Of a DNA stretch of 64,000 bases, positions 8,432-18,111 are shown in pieces. The position numbers and the translations under genes were made by a program. This DNA comes from an uncultured Acidobacteriota bacterium. GTDB lineage: Bacteria > Acidobacteriota > Terriglobia > Terriglobales > Acidobacteriaceae. Under the pieces are notes generated by a model that saw only the letters and a list, made by a program, of their open reading frames with translations, had not been told where the DNA came from and searched no databases. The DNA lies in assembly GCA_963840575.1 (NCBI GenBank), contig CAWIZP010000010.1, positions 137,485-201,484 of the forward strand. The letters are read 5' to 3'. Numbering within the stretch: the first letter of the stretch is position 1; each line of letters opens with the position of its first letter.

Positions 8432-9667
8432 ATGAAGATGAAGATTAACGCCTCATATCCAAGCAGGACCTCCTCAGATCCGACCTCGGCGACTTGCAAT
8501 CTCGCAAGCCGTATCGAAGAGCGGCTGCTCGAGCGGAACCAATTATTCGAGCGCTTTTTCTCTCGCGAGGCGCCGCGACTGGCCGAGGCCTGCCGTGAGA
8601 TGTCTGAGCGTTTCCTGCGCGGCGGCCGCCTGCTCGCCTTCGGTCGCGGTCCTTATGCCACCGATGCGCAACACGTTTCCGTGGAGTTTGTGCATCCGGT
8701 AATCGTGGGCAAACGCGCTCTGCCGGCCCTCGATCTTTCCGTTCTCTTTCGACCGTGGCTCGAAGCGATCCTTCATCCCGAAGACATCGTGGTGGGATTC
8801 AGCCCGCCAGAAGGCGATCCTGAAGTCTGGGCGACTCTCCAGGAAGCGCACCTGAAAGACGCGATGACGTTCGCTTTGCCGGGTCTCGAAGGTTCTTACG
8901 CGGTTGGGGCAGCCACGCAAGATCCGTTCATGCATCAGGAAATGATCGAGATCCTGTATCACACTCTATGGGAAACAGTGCACGTGTTCTTCGAGCACCG
9001 CGAATTAGGCCATAATGTCGGCGCCTCTGGCTTTCTCTATCCATTTCTGGGAACGGAAAAACAGGGTACTGAGGACATTGCAGCCGAGGTTGCCGCTTCC
9101 ATCTTAATGAAGGCGCAAGATGATGCCAGGCTGCGCGCGCAAGTCGCGGGGGAAAAGGCGGAGCAAATCGCTAATAGTGCTCTTGCGATTCATGAACGCC
9201 TGCGCCGCGGCGGCAAACTCATAATCTTCGGCAATGGAGGCTCCGGTACCGATGCGAACGACTTTGCTATTGACTGCGTGCTTCCGCCGCCCGGGTATGA
9301 ATCCGTTCCGGCCGTATCGCTATCGCTCGAACCCGCGAACATTACAGCCGTCGCCAACGATATTGGTACCGACGCCATTTTCCTTCGTCAGTTGATCGCG
9401 CAAGCTCGTCCTGAAGATGTTGCCATTGGCATCTCTACCAGCGGAGGGTCGCGCAACATCATTGCGGCGCTCGAGGAAGCTAGCAAGCGCAGTCTGCTCA
9501 CTGTCGCGCTGCTGGGCTATGATGGTGGCGAGATCAAGCGCAAGCAACTCGCGGATTTTCCCATCGTTGTGAACTGCGACTATATCCCCCGTATTCAGGA
9601 GGTCCAGGCCTCCATCTACCACGTCATGCGCGAAGCGCTGGAGGTGCTGGCGCGTGGGCAAGCTTGA
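8432..9667 (+). CDS. tandem SIS-domain protein (two GmhA/phosphoheptose-isomerase-like halves)
   Basis: First half has LLAFGRGPYATDAQHVSVEF. Second half has LIIFGNGGSGTDANDFAIDC...ANDIG...GISTSGGSRNIIAALEEA. Both fit the SIS/GmhA pattern. Confidence 0.75.
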   Translation: MKMKINASYPSRTSSDPTSATCNLASRIEERLLERNQLFERFFSREAPRLAEACREMSERFLRGGRLLAFGRGPYATDAQHVSVEFVHPVIVGKRALPALDLSVLFRPWLEAILHPEDIVVGFSPPEGDPEVWATLQEAHLKDAMTFALPGLEGSYAVGAATQDPFMHQEMIEILYHTLWETVHVFFEHRELGHNVGASGFLYPFLGTEKQGTEDIAAEVAASILMKAQDDARLRAQVAGEKAEQIANSALAIHERLRRGGKLIIFGNGGSGTDANDFAIDCVLPPPGYESVPAVSLSLEPANITAVANDIGTDAIFLRQLIAQARPEDVAIGISTSGGSRNIIAALEEASKRSLLTVALLGYDGGEIKRKQLADFPIVVNCDYIPRIQEVQASIYHVMREALEVLARGQA

Positions 9668-9887
9668 ACTCTTTGGCACCGCCAGGTGTCCCCACACGGG
9701 CGAAATGCGCGACTGGCTGGAGTGGAAGCGTAGCGAGTTTGTCGAATATGACGTAGAAGCCGATCCCACGGCCCGCAGGCGCATGCGCGAAATCTCTGGC
9801 GGCCAGCGCACCGTGCCCATCCTGGTCGAGGACGGCAAGGTGATCCAAGTCGGTTGGCAGGGTCACGGTTGCCTGGTGGACGAGTAA
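9654..9887 (+). CDS. glutaredoxin/thioredoxin-fold small protein (CPHT active-site position)
   Basis: GTG start overlaps the SIS gene by 14 nt. LELFGTARCPHTGEMRDWL...RTVPILVEDGKV is a Grx-like layout. A second Cys lies near the C-terminus (GHGCLVDE). Confidence 0.7.
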   Translation: MGKLELFGTARCPHTGEMRDWLEWKRSEFVEYDVEADPTARRRMREISGGQRTVPILVEDGKVIQVGWQGHGCLVDE

Positions 9888-9934
9888 GCCACGTGGGCAC
9901 TGCCGTGATCGGCTTTGCCGGTACCCCGATAATC

Positions 9935-12250
9935 ATGGCCAGTGCCTGCTCCATTCGCGTTCGCGGCGTAGTACAAGGAGTGGGATTCCGTCCTTTCGTC
10001 TATCGCCTCGCCGCTGCACACAATCTGTCTGGATGGGTACTGAACGGCGAACAGGGAGTCGATATCCATCTCGAAGGCGCAAAGAGCGGGCTCGAAGCTT
10101 TTGTGCGTGATCTAAAAACGCAGCCTCCGCCTGCGGCTAAGATTGCGGAAATCGAGGTTTACACGGTCGAGCCGATCGGACTAACCGAATTCACAATTCG
10201 CAAAAGCAAGCATGGGAAACACCCCACGGTTCGCATCTCACCCGATTTGCCGGTATGCGATGATTGCCTGAAAGAACTCTTCGATCCAGCCGATGCACGC
10301 TATCAGTATCCCTACATCAACTGCACAAACTGCGGGCCGCGTTACAGCGTGATGCTGGACCTTCCTTACGACAGGCCGAACACCACCATGAAGCGGTGGC
10401 CGCTCGATGCCTTTTGCGAAAATGAATACGGCGACCCCGCCAACCGTCGCTTTCACGCGCAGCCGGTGGCGTGTCCGGTTTGCGGGCCAAATTATTATCT
10501 TCATCCGAAGAATGAAACTTCAGTCGGAACCGACGACAGTATCCGCCGTGCGGCTGAAATTCTTCAATTCGGCGGAATTCTCGCGGTGAAGGGACTCGGT
10601 GGCTATCATTTGGCTTGCGATGCGCGAAATCCCTTGTCGGTTGCGACTTTGCGAGATCGCAAATACCGCAAAGAAAAACCTTTCGCCTTGATGGCAAAAG
10701 ACATCAGTGTTGCACGAACCCTGGTGGATTTGTCATTGGACGCTGAGGCCCTTTTCACTTCTGTCGCTCGGCCCATAGTGCTGGCTCCGGCGAAAGTAGA
10801 ACTTCCGGAGGTCTCCCCGGATAACGGCGAACTCGGTGTGATGTTGCCTTACACGCCGTTGCAGCATCTGCTATTTGCAGCTGGAGCGCCCGATGTTCTC
10901 GTCATGACCAGCGCGAATCGTTCGAGTGAGCCGATCGCCTACGAAGACGACGATGCGTTACGGCGTCTCGCCGGAGTAGCGGACTCATTTCTGATCGGTC
11001 AGCGTTCGATCGCCCGGCGAGTGGACGACTCTGTAGTCCGCGCTGGAAGCTTCGGTCCGGTAATCCTTCGCCGTGCGCGCGGCTACGCGCCGGCAGCGGT
11101 TACGTCACTTCCGGTCAAGCATCCCATTCTCGCGCTGGGCGCGGATTTGAAAAATACGATTACGCTGGTAGTCGACGGCCAGGCCTTTGTCAGCCAGCAC
11201 ATCGGCGACCTGGATCACTACGAATCTCTGCGCGCCTTTCATGAGACCATTGACGATTTGGTTTCAATGTATGAAGTGAATTGGGATGATTTGCTTTTGG
11301 TGCATGATCTTCATCCGGAGTATCGCTCAACTGCCCACTCGGCGACGCGCCGCGCTGCGCAAACCGAAGCGGTGCAGCATCACCGCGCGCACGTGGCATC
11401 TGTGCTCGCTGAGCGCAGAGAGTGGACAAAGAAAGTTATCGGCGTAAGCTTCGACGGCACCGGATATGGAGACGACCGCTCGATCTGGGGCGGCGAAATC
11501 TTTGTTGGCAATCTTGAGGACGGTTTCGCACGCGCCGCACACCTGCGTCCCGCGGCGCTCGCGGGAGGCGACGCAGCGGCGCGCTATCCGGTGCAGGCAG
11601 CCGCTGGCTTTCTCATTCAAGTGGATGGCTTACCAGACGTGCTTGAGGCTCCCTTCAGTTTTCCAGAGCGGTACCGAAACGCGACGGAGCTGGTTCGGAA
11701 AGAGGTGCGCACGTTTGCCACGACCTCGATGGGGCGTCTCTTCGACGCTGCTGCCGCTTTGCTCGGATTCACGCGCGAGGCCACATTTGAGGGGCAGGCG
11801 GCCATGTGGTTGGAGCAACTCGCCCGCTGCGAGCCCGATGCCAAGGCATATTCCTTCCCCTTCATCGACAACCAGCTCGACTTTCGTCCGCTGCTGCAAT
11901 CGGTTGTTCTTGAGCGCGCACGTGGACGGAAAATCAGCGCAATAGCGCGCTCCTTTCAACGGGGGATCGCTGAGGGGTTGCGCGATGCTTTAACCGTTAT
12001 CTGTAGCAGCCAACAATTGGATACGATAGTTCTCTCTGGAGGAGTTTTTCAGAATGAATTACTCCTCGAAGATCTGCAATCTCTGCTGGCTGCGGAATCC
12101 CTGCAGGTCTGGACGAATCATGAAGTTCCCCCGAACGATGGAGGGATCAGCCTGGGACAGGCAGCCCTCGCGGCGTTCGGGCGCTTCGATCGGGATCTTG
12201 AAAATGGGCAGCACTCCCTCGAACCTGCGAGCGAGGTAACTCATGCATGA
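9935..12250 (+). CDS. hypF: carbamoyltransferase HypF
   Basis: Acylphosphatase-like IRVRGVVQGVGFRPFVYRLA, zinc-finger CDDC...CTNCGPRYS and CPVCGP, and the YrdC-like VKGLGGYHLACDA. The track ORF starts at 9854; ATG 9935 fits the domain start. Confidence 0.95.
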   Translation: MASACSIRVRGVVQGVGFRPFVYRLAAAHNLSGWVLNGEQGVDIHLEGAKSGLEAFVRDLKTQPPPAAKIAEIEVYTVEPIGLTEFTIRKSKHGKHPTVRISPDLPVCDDCLKELFDPADARYQYPYINCTNCGPRYSVMLDLPYDRPNTTMKRWPLDAFCENEYGDPANRRFHAQPVACPVCGPNYYLHPKNETSVGTDDSIRRAAEILQFGGILAVKGLGGYHLACDARNPLSVATLRDRKYRKEKPFALMAKDISVARTLVDLSLDAEALFTSVARPIVLAPAKVELPEVSPDNGELGVMLPYTPLQHLLFAAGAPDVLVMTSANRSSEPIAYEDDDALRRLAGVADSFLIGQRSIARRVDDSVVRAGSFGPVILRRARGYAPAAVTSLPVKHPILALGADLKNTITLVVDGQAFVSQHIGDLDHYESLRAFHETIDDLVSMYEVNWDDLLLVHDLHPEYRSTAHSATRRAAQTEAVQHHRAHVASVLAERREWTKKVIGVSFDGTGYGDDRSIWGGEIFVGNLEDGFARAAHLRPAALAGGDAAARYPVQAAAGFLIQVDGLPDVLEAPFSFPERYRNATELVRKEVRTFATTSMGRLFDAAAALLGFTREATFEGQAAMWLEQLARCEPDAKAYSFPFIDNQLDFRPLLQSVVLERARGRKISAIARSFQRGIAEGLRDALTVICSSQQLDTIVLSGGVFQNELLLEDLQSLLAAESLQVWTNHEVPPNDGGISLGQAALAAFGRFDRDLENGQHSLEPASEVTHA

Positions 12251-12605
12251 ACTTTCGATTGCAATGAGCATCGTGGAACTGGCAGAGGAAGAGGCCGCGC
12301 GCCGCGGCGTTCAAGTTGAAGCTGTGCACCTTAGACTCGGAGCCTTATCCGGCGTCGTGAAAGATGCATTGCTTTCCTGTTATGAAATGGTCTGTGAGGG
12401 CACGCCATTGGAGGGTTCGCGGCTGATTGTCGAAGATGTCGCCGTCGTAATTTTTTGCGTGACCTGTAAAGCACAGCGCCGGCTCAACTCATTGCAGTTA
12501 TTTTGCTGCCCGGAGTGTGGAACCCCTTCGGCCGAAGTGGTGCAAGGCAAGGAACTCGAAGTGGTTGCATTGGAGATAAAGGAATGCGCACCGAACCCCG
12601 TTTGA
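12243..12605 (+). CDS. hypA: hydrogenase nickel incorporation protein HypA
   Basis: MHELSIAMSIVE N-terminus and CVTC...CPEC zinc site. ATGCATGA overlap with hypF. Confidence 0.93.
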   Translation: MHELSIAMSIVELAEEEAARRGVQVEAVHLRLGALSGVVKDALLSCYEMVCEGTPLEGSRLIVEDVAVVIFCVTCKAQRRLNSLQLFCCPECGTPSAEVVQGKELEVVALEIKECAPNPV

Positions 12606-13267
12606 TTGAAGTTCGAAAAAACGTTCTGAAGCAGAATGACGCTATCGCCCGCGCACTGCGCGAGCGTTTCCACGCCGCTGGAGTTTTTGTGGTGAGTCTC
12701 GTCTCCAGCCCGGGCTCGGGGAAAACCGCATTTCTTGAGAAGACTCTCACTCTTCTTCGTCCAAACTATCGGGTAGCTGCGCTCGTGGGTGATCTTGCTA
12801 CCGAGAATGATGCGCAGCGTTTAGCGCGCAGCCAGGCTCCGGTCAGGCAAATCACCACCGGCACTCTCTGCCACCTCGAGGCTGCCATGGTCCAAACTGC
12901 GCTCGAAGGCTGGGACTTAAGTCAGTTGGATTTTCTCTTCGTCGAAAATGTGGGGAATCTGGTTTGTCCTTCGTCATATGACTTGGGCGAGGATCTTCGT
13001 CTCGTACTTATTTCGGTTACCGAGGGTGAGGACAAGCCGCTCAAGTATCCAACTATTTTCAATAGCGCCGACGTGGCAATCGTCAGCAAGATGGACTTGG
13101 CCGCCGCAGTTGAATTCAATTGGGAAACCGCATACAACAATATCCAGGCTGTGCGCCCGGGGATGAAGGTCTTTCAGCTTTCAGCAAAGACCGGAGAGGG
13201 AATGCAAACGTATTTGGGGTTTCTTGCAGCGCGACTAGCGGAGTTGCGCCAACCTGTCACCATTTAG
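12584..13267 (+). CDS. hypB: hydrogenase nickel incorporation GTPase HypB
   Basis: ATG 12584 is preceded by GGAGATAAAGGA. Walker A SSPGSGKTAF and the ENVGNLVCP motif are present. Confidence 0.93.
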   Translation: MRTEPRLIEVRKNVLKQNDAIARALRERFHAAGVFVVSLVSSPGSGKTAFLEKTLTLLRPNYRVAALVGDLATENDAQRLARSQAPVRQITTGTLCHLEAAMVQTALEGWDLSQLDFLFVENVGNLVCPSSYDLGEDLRLVLISVTEGEDKPLKYPTIFNSADVAIVSKMDLAAAVEFNWETAYNNIQAVRPGMKVFQLSAKTGEGMQTYLGFLAARLAELRQPVTI

Positions 13268-13292
13268 CTAGTTAATATCGCGCGCCTGGTAA

Positions 13293-14111
13293 ATGATCAG
13301 TTTTGTCTCCATCCTCGCGGTCGGATTTTTCCTTGGGATGCGCCACGCCACCGATCCCGATCATGTCATCGCGGTCACAACTATCGTCAGCAATCAGCGG
13401 AGCACTGTGGGGTCGGCTCTGATCGGCGCTTTCTGGGGATTGGGCCACACGGTCACTATTCTGGTCGTAGGCGCCGGAATTATTCTCTTCAATCTCGTGA
13501 TCCCGGTGAAGCTCGGTTTGAGCATGGAATTGTCCGTCGCCGGGATGCTGATCATCCTCGGGCTCATGAACATTGCCGGATTTCTGCATACCATGGCTGA
13601 ATCAATGCCGACCGAATCACTGGCGAGCGGCGGAGAAAAGTTCATCCACGCCCATCCTCATAGTCACGGCGACTACACGCATAATCATTCGCACGTTCAT
13701 CGGCATGAGGGTCACTCTCACTCAATCGATTCCCCGTCGTTGGGATGGATGGATCGCGCATTTGGTAGAACCGGGATGTATCAATACTTTCGGCCCCTGG
13801 TGGTGGGGATTGTTCATGGCCTCGCCGGCTCGGCGGCTGTGGCTTTGCTGGTCTTGAGCACAATCCGAAACGTTCACTGGGCGGTTGCGTATTTGCTGGT
13901 ATTCGGCGTGGGCACGATAGCGGGGATGATGCTAATCACCATGAGCATCGCTTCCGCATTCACAATGGTAGGCAAAGGTCGGAAGAAATTTTCCCGCCGG
14001 CTGGCATTAGCTTCGGGATTGCTTAGTCTTGGTTTCGGTATTTTCGTCGCTTACCAGATCTGCTTCGTGAACGGACTCTTCACTACGCATGCGCAATGGA
14101 TTCCGCATTAG
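13293..14111 (+). CDS. nickel/cobalt permease (NiCoT/UreH-like) with His-rich loop
   Basis: Signature RHATDPDHVIAV (HxxxxDH) and GLGHT. Multi-TM profile. Loop is HAHPHSHGDYTHNHSHVHRHEGHSHS. Directly follows hypB. Confidence 0.8.
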   Translation: MISFVSILAVGFFLGMRHATDPDHVIAVTTIVSNQRSTVGSALIGAFWGLGHTVTILVVGAGIILFNLVIPVKLGLSMELSVAGMLIILGLMNIAGFLHTMAESMPTESLASGGEKFIHAHPHSHGDYTHNHSHVHRHEGHSHSIDSPSLGWMDRAFGRTGMYQYFRPLVVGIVHGLAGSAAVALLVLSTIRNVHWAVAYLLVFGVGTIAGMMLITMSIASAFTMVGKGRKKFSRRLALASGLLSLGFGIFVAYQICFVNGLFTTHAQWIPH

Positions 14112-14782
14112 ACGGCGATAGGAAGCCGCCGCTTCGTTGTGTTCCGTGCTCGAAGCTTCCCTTGAGGTCGAGCACCCCCGAGTATCAATTCGCACAGATG
14201 GTCGACAAAGTCCGCTGTCAGATTGTCATGCCGAATTAGAAACCGCATGTAAATCGGCCCGTACAATGAATCGAGAATCAAATCCATGTCCACGTCTTCG
14301 GGCAGTTCGCCTCGCCGAATCCCACGTTGAAGCGTGGCGTAAGCCTCTCTGCGTCTTGGCCAAAGGAAACGCTCGCGGAAAGCTGCGATCAGATTTCTAT
14401 CGCTCTGCCCGCCACCCAGCAGCGCAGAAACGATGCGCCCACGGCTGCTCCGAAACACTTTAACGAGTTGACGCATCTGTTGGCTCATGTCCGTGGAGAC
14501 CGAACCCGTGTCGGGGAAGTGCAATTTCCGCGTGGTGCTGCTAGCGAAAGCATCCGCGATGAGGGCGGCCTTGTCGGGCCACCAGCGGTAAACCGTCGCC
14601 TTGCCCACATTGGCCTGGGCTGCGACCTCCTGAATGGTCAGATGGGCAAAACCATTCTTGCCCAGAAGCTTCAATGCGCTGCGCAAGATTGCCTGGCGAG
14701 ACTCTTCACTGCGCGGCCGCCCCGGAGAGCGTGCTCTGGTGACCCCGCCGTGACTACCATTGCCATTGGGCAGGTGGCGCAT
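14108..14782 (-). CDS. TetR/AcrR family transcriptional regulator
   Basis: HTH segment ILRSALKLLGKNGFAHLTIQEVAAQANVGKATVYRWWPDKAALI. Divergent from the RND pump. Confidence 0.9.
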   Translation of the reverse strand: MRHLPNGNGSHGGVTRARSPGRPRSEESRQAILRSALKLLGKNGFAHLTIQEVAAQANVGKATVYRWWPDKAALIADAFASSTTRKLHFPDTGSVSTDMSQQMRQLVKVFRSSRGRIVSALLGGGQSDRNLIAAFRERFLWPRRREAYATLQRGIRRGELPEDVDMDLILDSLYGPIYMRFLIRHDNLTADFVDHLCELILGGARPQGKLRARNTTKRRLPIAV

Positions 14783-14816
14783 AGCGTTACCTTACCATAT
14801 AATCGAAGCACAGATT

Positions 14817-14846
14817 TAGAATCCGATACGGATAGTATCGAATCTA
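14817..14846. promoter_or_regulatory. imperfect palindrome, candidate TetR operator in the divergent tetR/RND intergenic region
   Basis: TAGAATCCGATAC-GGATA-GTATCGAATCTA with core CGATAC-N5-GTATCG. A TATAAT hexamer lies at 14798-14803 on the + strand. Confidence 0.45.
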
Positions 14847-14914
14847 GTTTGTCTTCAGCCAGCCTTGTACCATCTATACACGTTCTTGTCGCTTGCAGGA
14901 GTAGCGCCTAACAA

Positions 14915-17900
14915 ATGTGGATTGTTGCATTAGCGCTAAGACGGCCCTACACATTCGTGGTGATGGCGCTCGTCATCATTATTCTGACCCCGATTACCAT
15001 ACTGCGAACTGCCACGGACATCTTCCCGAGTATCGACATTCCGGTAGTTTCGGTGGTTTGGTTTTATACGGGTATGTCGCCTCTGGATATGGCCGACCGC
15101 ATCGTCGCCAACTCCGAGCGTGGCATTACTACGACGGTCAATGATATCGAGCACATGGAGTCGCAGTCGGTGTATGGCCTGGGCGTCATCAAAATTTTTT
15201 TTCGCCCAGGTACGAATGTTCAGGGAGCCATCGCGCAGATTACGGCGATCGCACAGACCACGGTACGTGGTTTGCCCCCTGGCACCACGCCGCCATTGAT
15301 TATTTCTTACAGCGCTTCTACCACGCCTATTGTTCAGCTTGGCTTGAGCAGCAAAACATTGCCGGAACAGCAACTCTTCGATCTGGGCCAGAACTTTCTC
15401 CGAAACTTCCTGGCTACAGTACCGGGCGCAGCTACTCCATATCCTTACGGGGGAAAGATTCGCCAGATTCAAGTCGATCTCGACTTGCCGAAACTGCAGG
15501 CTTATGGGCTGCAGCCGAACGACATCGTCAATGCTGTTAACGCGCAGAACATTATTCTCCCAAGCGGCACCATCAAGATGGGCTCGCTCGAATACAACGT
15601 GGAGATGAACGGAACGCCGGCGACTATTCCGGAATTGAACGACCTCCCGGTTAAGACGAGCAACGGCTCTACTCTGTACATGCGCGATGTCGCCCACATC
15701 CGCGACGGCTTCGCGCCGCAGACCAACATCGTGCGCCAAGACGGGAATCGTGGCGCGCTGATGTCAATTTACAAGAACGGAAATGCGTCGACGTTGCAGA
15801 TTGTCGCCGGAGTCAAGAACATTGTTCAGCAAGCCGCCCAAGCGCTGCCGCCGGAATTAAAAGTCACTGCGCTGTTTGACCAGTCGCTGTTCGTGCGGGC
15901 TTCGATCTATGGCGTGTTGCGCGAAGGTTTGATCGCGGCGGCTCTAACTGCCGTCATGATCTTAATCTTTCTCGGCGATTGGCGTCCCACGATCGTTATT
16001 TCGATTTCCATCCCGCTTTCCATTTTTGTTTCGATCATTCTGCTGGGCACCATAGGCCAAACCATCAACATCATGACGCTCGGAGGGTTGGCGCTCGCCG
16101 TTGGCATCCTGGTCGACGACGCCACCGTCGAAATTGAAAACATCGAGCGGAACCTTGCCATGGGCAAGGAGATGAAGCAGGCCATTCTCGACGGTGCGCA
16201 ACAGATCGCTGTTCCTGCCTTCGTCTCCACACTCAGCATCTGCATCGTTTTTGTACCCATGTTCTTCCTGACCGGCGTCGCGAAATTCCTGTTCGTGCCG
16301 CTGGCTGAGGCGGTTAGCTTTGCCATGCTGGCAAGCTATTTGCTCTCGCGAACTCTAATCCCGACGCTTGTGATGTACATCATGCGCGGACACGAGCATC
16401 GCTCGGAAACTGGCAAGACATTCCTGGGCCGTTTTCAGCGCGGCTTCGAGCGCAAATTTGAAGAGTTCCGCCGCGGTTACGAGGGCCTGCTCGAAACCAC
16501 TCTCGAGCATCGCGGCATCTTCATGGTTTGCTTTCTGGCCTTTTGCATCCTTTCGCTCGGCCTGTTTTCATTCCTGGGACAAGATTTCTTCCCGCAAGTC
16601 GACGCGGGTCTGCTGCGGCTGCACGTGCGTGCGCGCCCCGGTTTGCGCGTCGAAGAGACAGCGCGGCTCTGCGATGAAGTTGAAGCTTCTCTTCGCCAGG
16701 AAGTCCCAAGTGGCCAGCTGCAGACCATTCTCGACAACATCGGCCTGCCCAACTCAGGGATCAATCAATCCTACAGCTCGAACGGAACTATTGGCAGTAG
16801 CGACGCCGAGATTCTGATCGCTCTCGACCCGGAGCATCATCCTCCTACCGCCGGACTCATGCGGCATCTGCGCGAAGTATTGCCGCAACGATTTCCGGGC
16901 GTGGAGTTTTTCTTCCAGCCGGCCGATATCGTTACGCAAATTTTGAACTTCGGCTTGCCCGCGCCCATCGATGTTCAGGTAGTGGGCACCGACATGAACA
17001 GCAGCTACCAGATCGCGCAGCAAATCGCGAACAAGATGCGGCACATTCCCGGCACCGCCGATGTGCATGTGCAGCAGTTGCTTTCCTTGCCTACCCTCCA
17101 CATGGATATCGAACGCACGCGGGTCACTCAAGTTGGGCTCACAGCGCGGGATGTGGCACAGAGCGCATTGGTTTCGCTGAGCGGAAGCTTTCAGACATCG
17201 CCAAATTTCTGGCTGAATCCGAAGAATGAAGTGACCTACCAGGTGGCGGTGCAGTCGCCGCAATATCGCCTGACCAATCTGCAAGACCTGTTGAATATTC
17301 CGGTGATTTCGCAGCAAGGCCCGCAGTTGATGAGCAATCTGGTGCAGATGTCACCTGTCACGCGGCCCGCTACCGTGAATCACTACAATGTGCAGCCGGT
17401 CATCGATGTGTATGCCAGCACCCAGGATCGCGACCTGGGCGCAGTGGCTGCCGATACCGATAAAGTGATTAAGAGCTTCAATGGCCACTTGCCTCGCGGC
17501 ACCCACATTGTAGTGCGAGGTCAGGTCGCTACCATGCGCTCGTCGTTCATTGGTTTAGGTGCAGGGCTGGCGGGCGCGATTCTGCTGGTTTACTTGCTGA
17601 TCGTCATCAACTTTCAGTCGTGGCTCGATCCTTTTATTATTATCGCTGCGTTGCCCGGCGCTTTGGCGGGAATCTGCTGGTTCCTGCTGCTCACTCATAC
17701 CACGTTAAGTGTTCCATCTCTCACCGGCGCGGTCATGTGCATGGGGGTTGCGACCGCCAATTCCATTTTGATGGTGAGTTTTGCGCGCGAACAAATGGAT
17801 GAAGGAATTCCGGCAGCAAAAGCCGCAGTCGCGGCTGGCTACACGCGCGTGCGTCCCGTGCTAATGACGGCTTTAGCCATGATCATCGGCATGGTCCCGA

Positions 17901-18067
17901 TGGCATTGGGATTTGGCGAAGGCGGCGAACAGAATGCGCCCCTCGGGCGCGCAGTGATCGGCGGCTTGCTGTTTGCCACCGTGGCCACTTTGTTTTTCGT
18001 TCCGAGTGTATTTGCCATCTTTCATAGCCGGCGCGAAGCCAGGCTGGCGCGCGAACAACAAACGTAA
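14915..18067 (+). CDS. RND efflux transporter permease (AcrB/HAE1-like)
   Basis: 1050 aa with 12-TM RND architecture and the typical N-terminus RRPYTFVVMALVIIILT. Confidence 0.93.
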   Translation: MWIVALALRRPYTFVVMALVIIILTPITILRTATDIFPSIDIPVVSVVWFYTGMSPLDMADRIVANSERGITTTVNDIEHMESQSVYGLGVIKIFFRPGTNVQGAIAQITAIAQTTVRGLPPGTTPPLIISYSASTTPIVQLGLSSKTLPEQQLFDLGQNFLRNFLATVPGAATPYPYGGKIRQIQVDLDLPKLQAYGLQPNDIVNAVNAQNIILPSGTIKMGSLEYNVEMNGTPATIPELNDLPVKTSNGSTLYMRDVAHIRDGFAPQTNIVRQDGNRGALMSIYKNGNASTLQIVAGVKNIVQQAAQALPPELKVTALFDQSLFVRASIYGVLREGLIAAALTAVMILIFLGDWRPTIVISISIPLSIFVSIILLGTIGQTINIMTLGGLALAVGILVDDATVEIENIERNLAMGKEMKQAILDGAQQIAVPAFVSTLSICIVFVPMFFLTGVAKFLFVPLAEAVSFAMLASYLLSRTLIPTLVMYIMRGHEHRSETGKTFLGRFQRGFERKFEEFRRGYEGLLETTLEHRGIFMVCFLAFCILSLGLFSFLGQDFFPQVDAGLLRLHVRARPGLRVEETARLCDEVEASLRQEVPSGQLQTILDNIGLPNSGINQSYSSNGTIGSSDAEILIALDPEHHPPTAGLMRHLREVLPQRFPGVEFFFQPADIVTQILNFGLPAPIDVQVVGTDMNSSYQIAQQIANKMRHIPGTADVHVQQLLSLPTLHMDIERTRVTQVGLTARDVAQSALVSLSGSFQTSPNFWLNPKNEVTYQVAVQSPQYRLTNLQDLLNIPVISQQGPQLMSNLVQMSPVTRPATVNHYNVQPVIDVYASTQDRDLGAVAADTDKVIKSFNGHLPRGTHIVVRGQVATMRSSFIGLGAGLAGAILLVYLLIVINFQSWLDPFIIIAALPGALAGICWFLLLTHTTLSVPSLTGAVMCMGVATANSILMVSFAREQMDEGIPAAKAAVAAGYTRVRPVLMTALAMIIGMVPMALGFGEGGEQNAPLGRAVIGGLLFATVATLFFVPSVFAIFHSRREARLAREQQT

Positions 18068-18111
18068 AGATTTTGTGATCATCGTTTTTGTGATAATCGA
18101 GGCAGGTTTTA

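Noticed and set aside
9854-9934. N-terminal extensions in the ORF track: HypF 9854, HypC 5848, HypB 12503, radical SAM 52707, QueC 53984, argB 30157 and GNAT 25618
   Set aside because: Family-typical N-termini, RBS positions and stop/start overlaps support the internal starts listed in the features. The extensions run through upstream genes.
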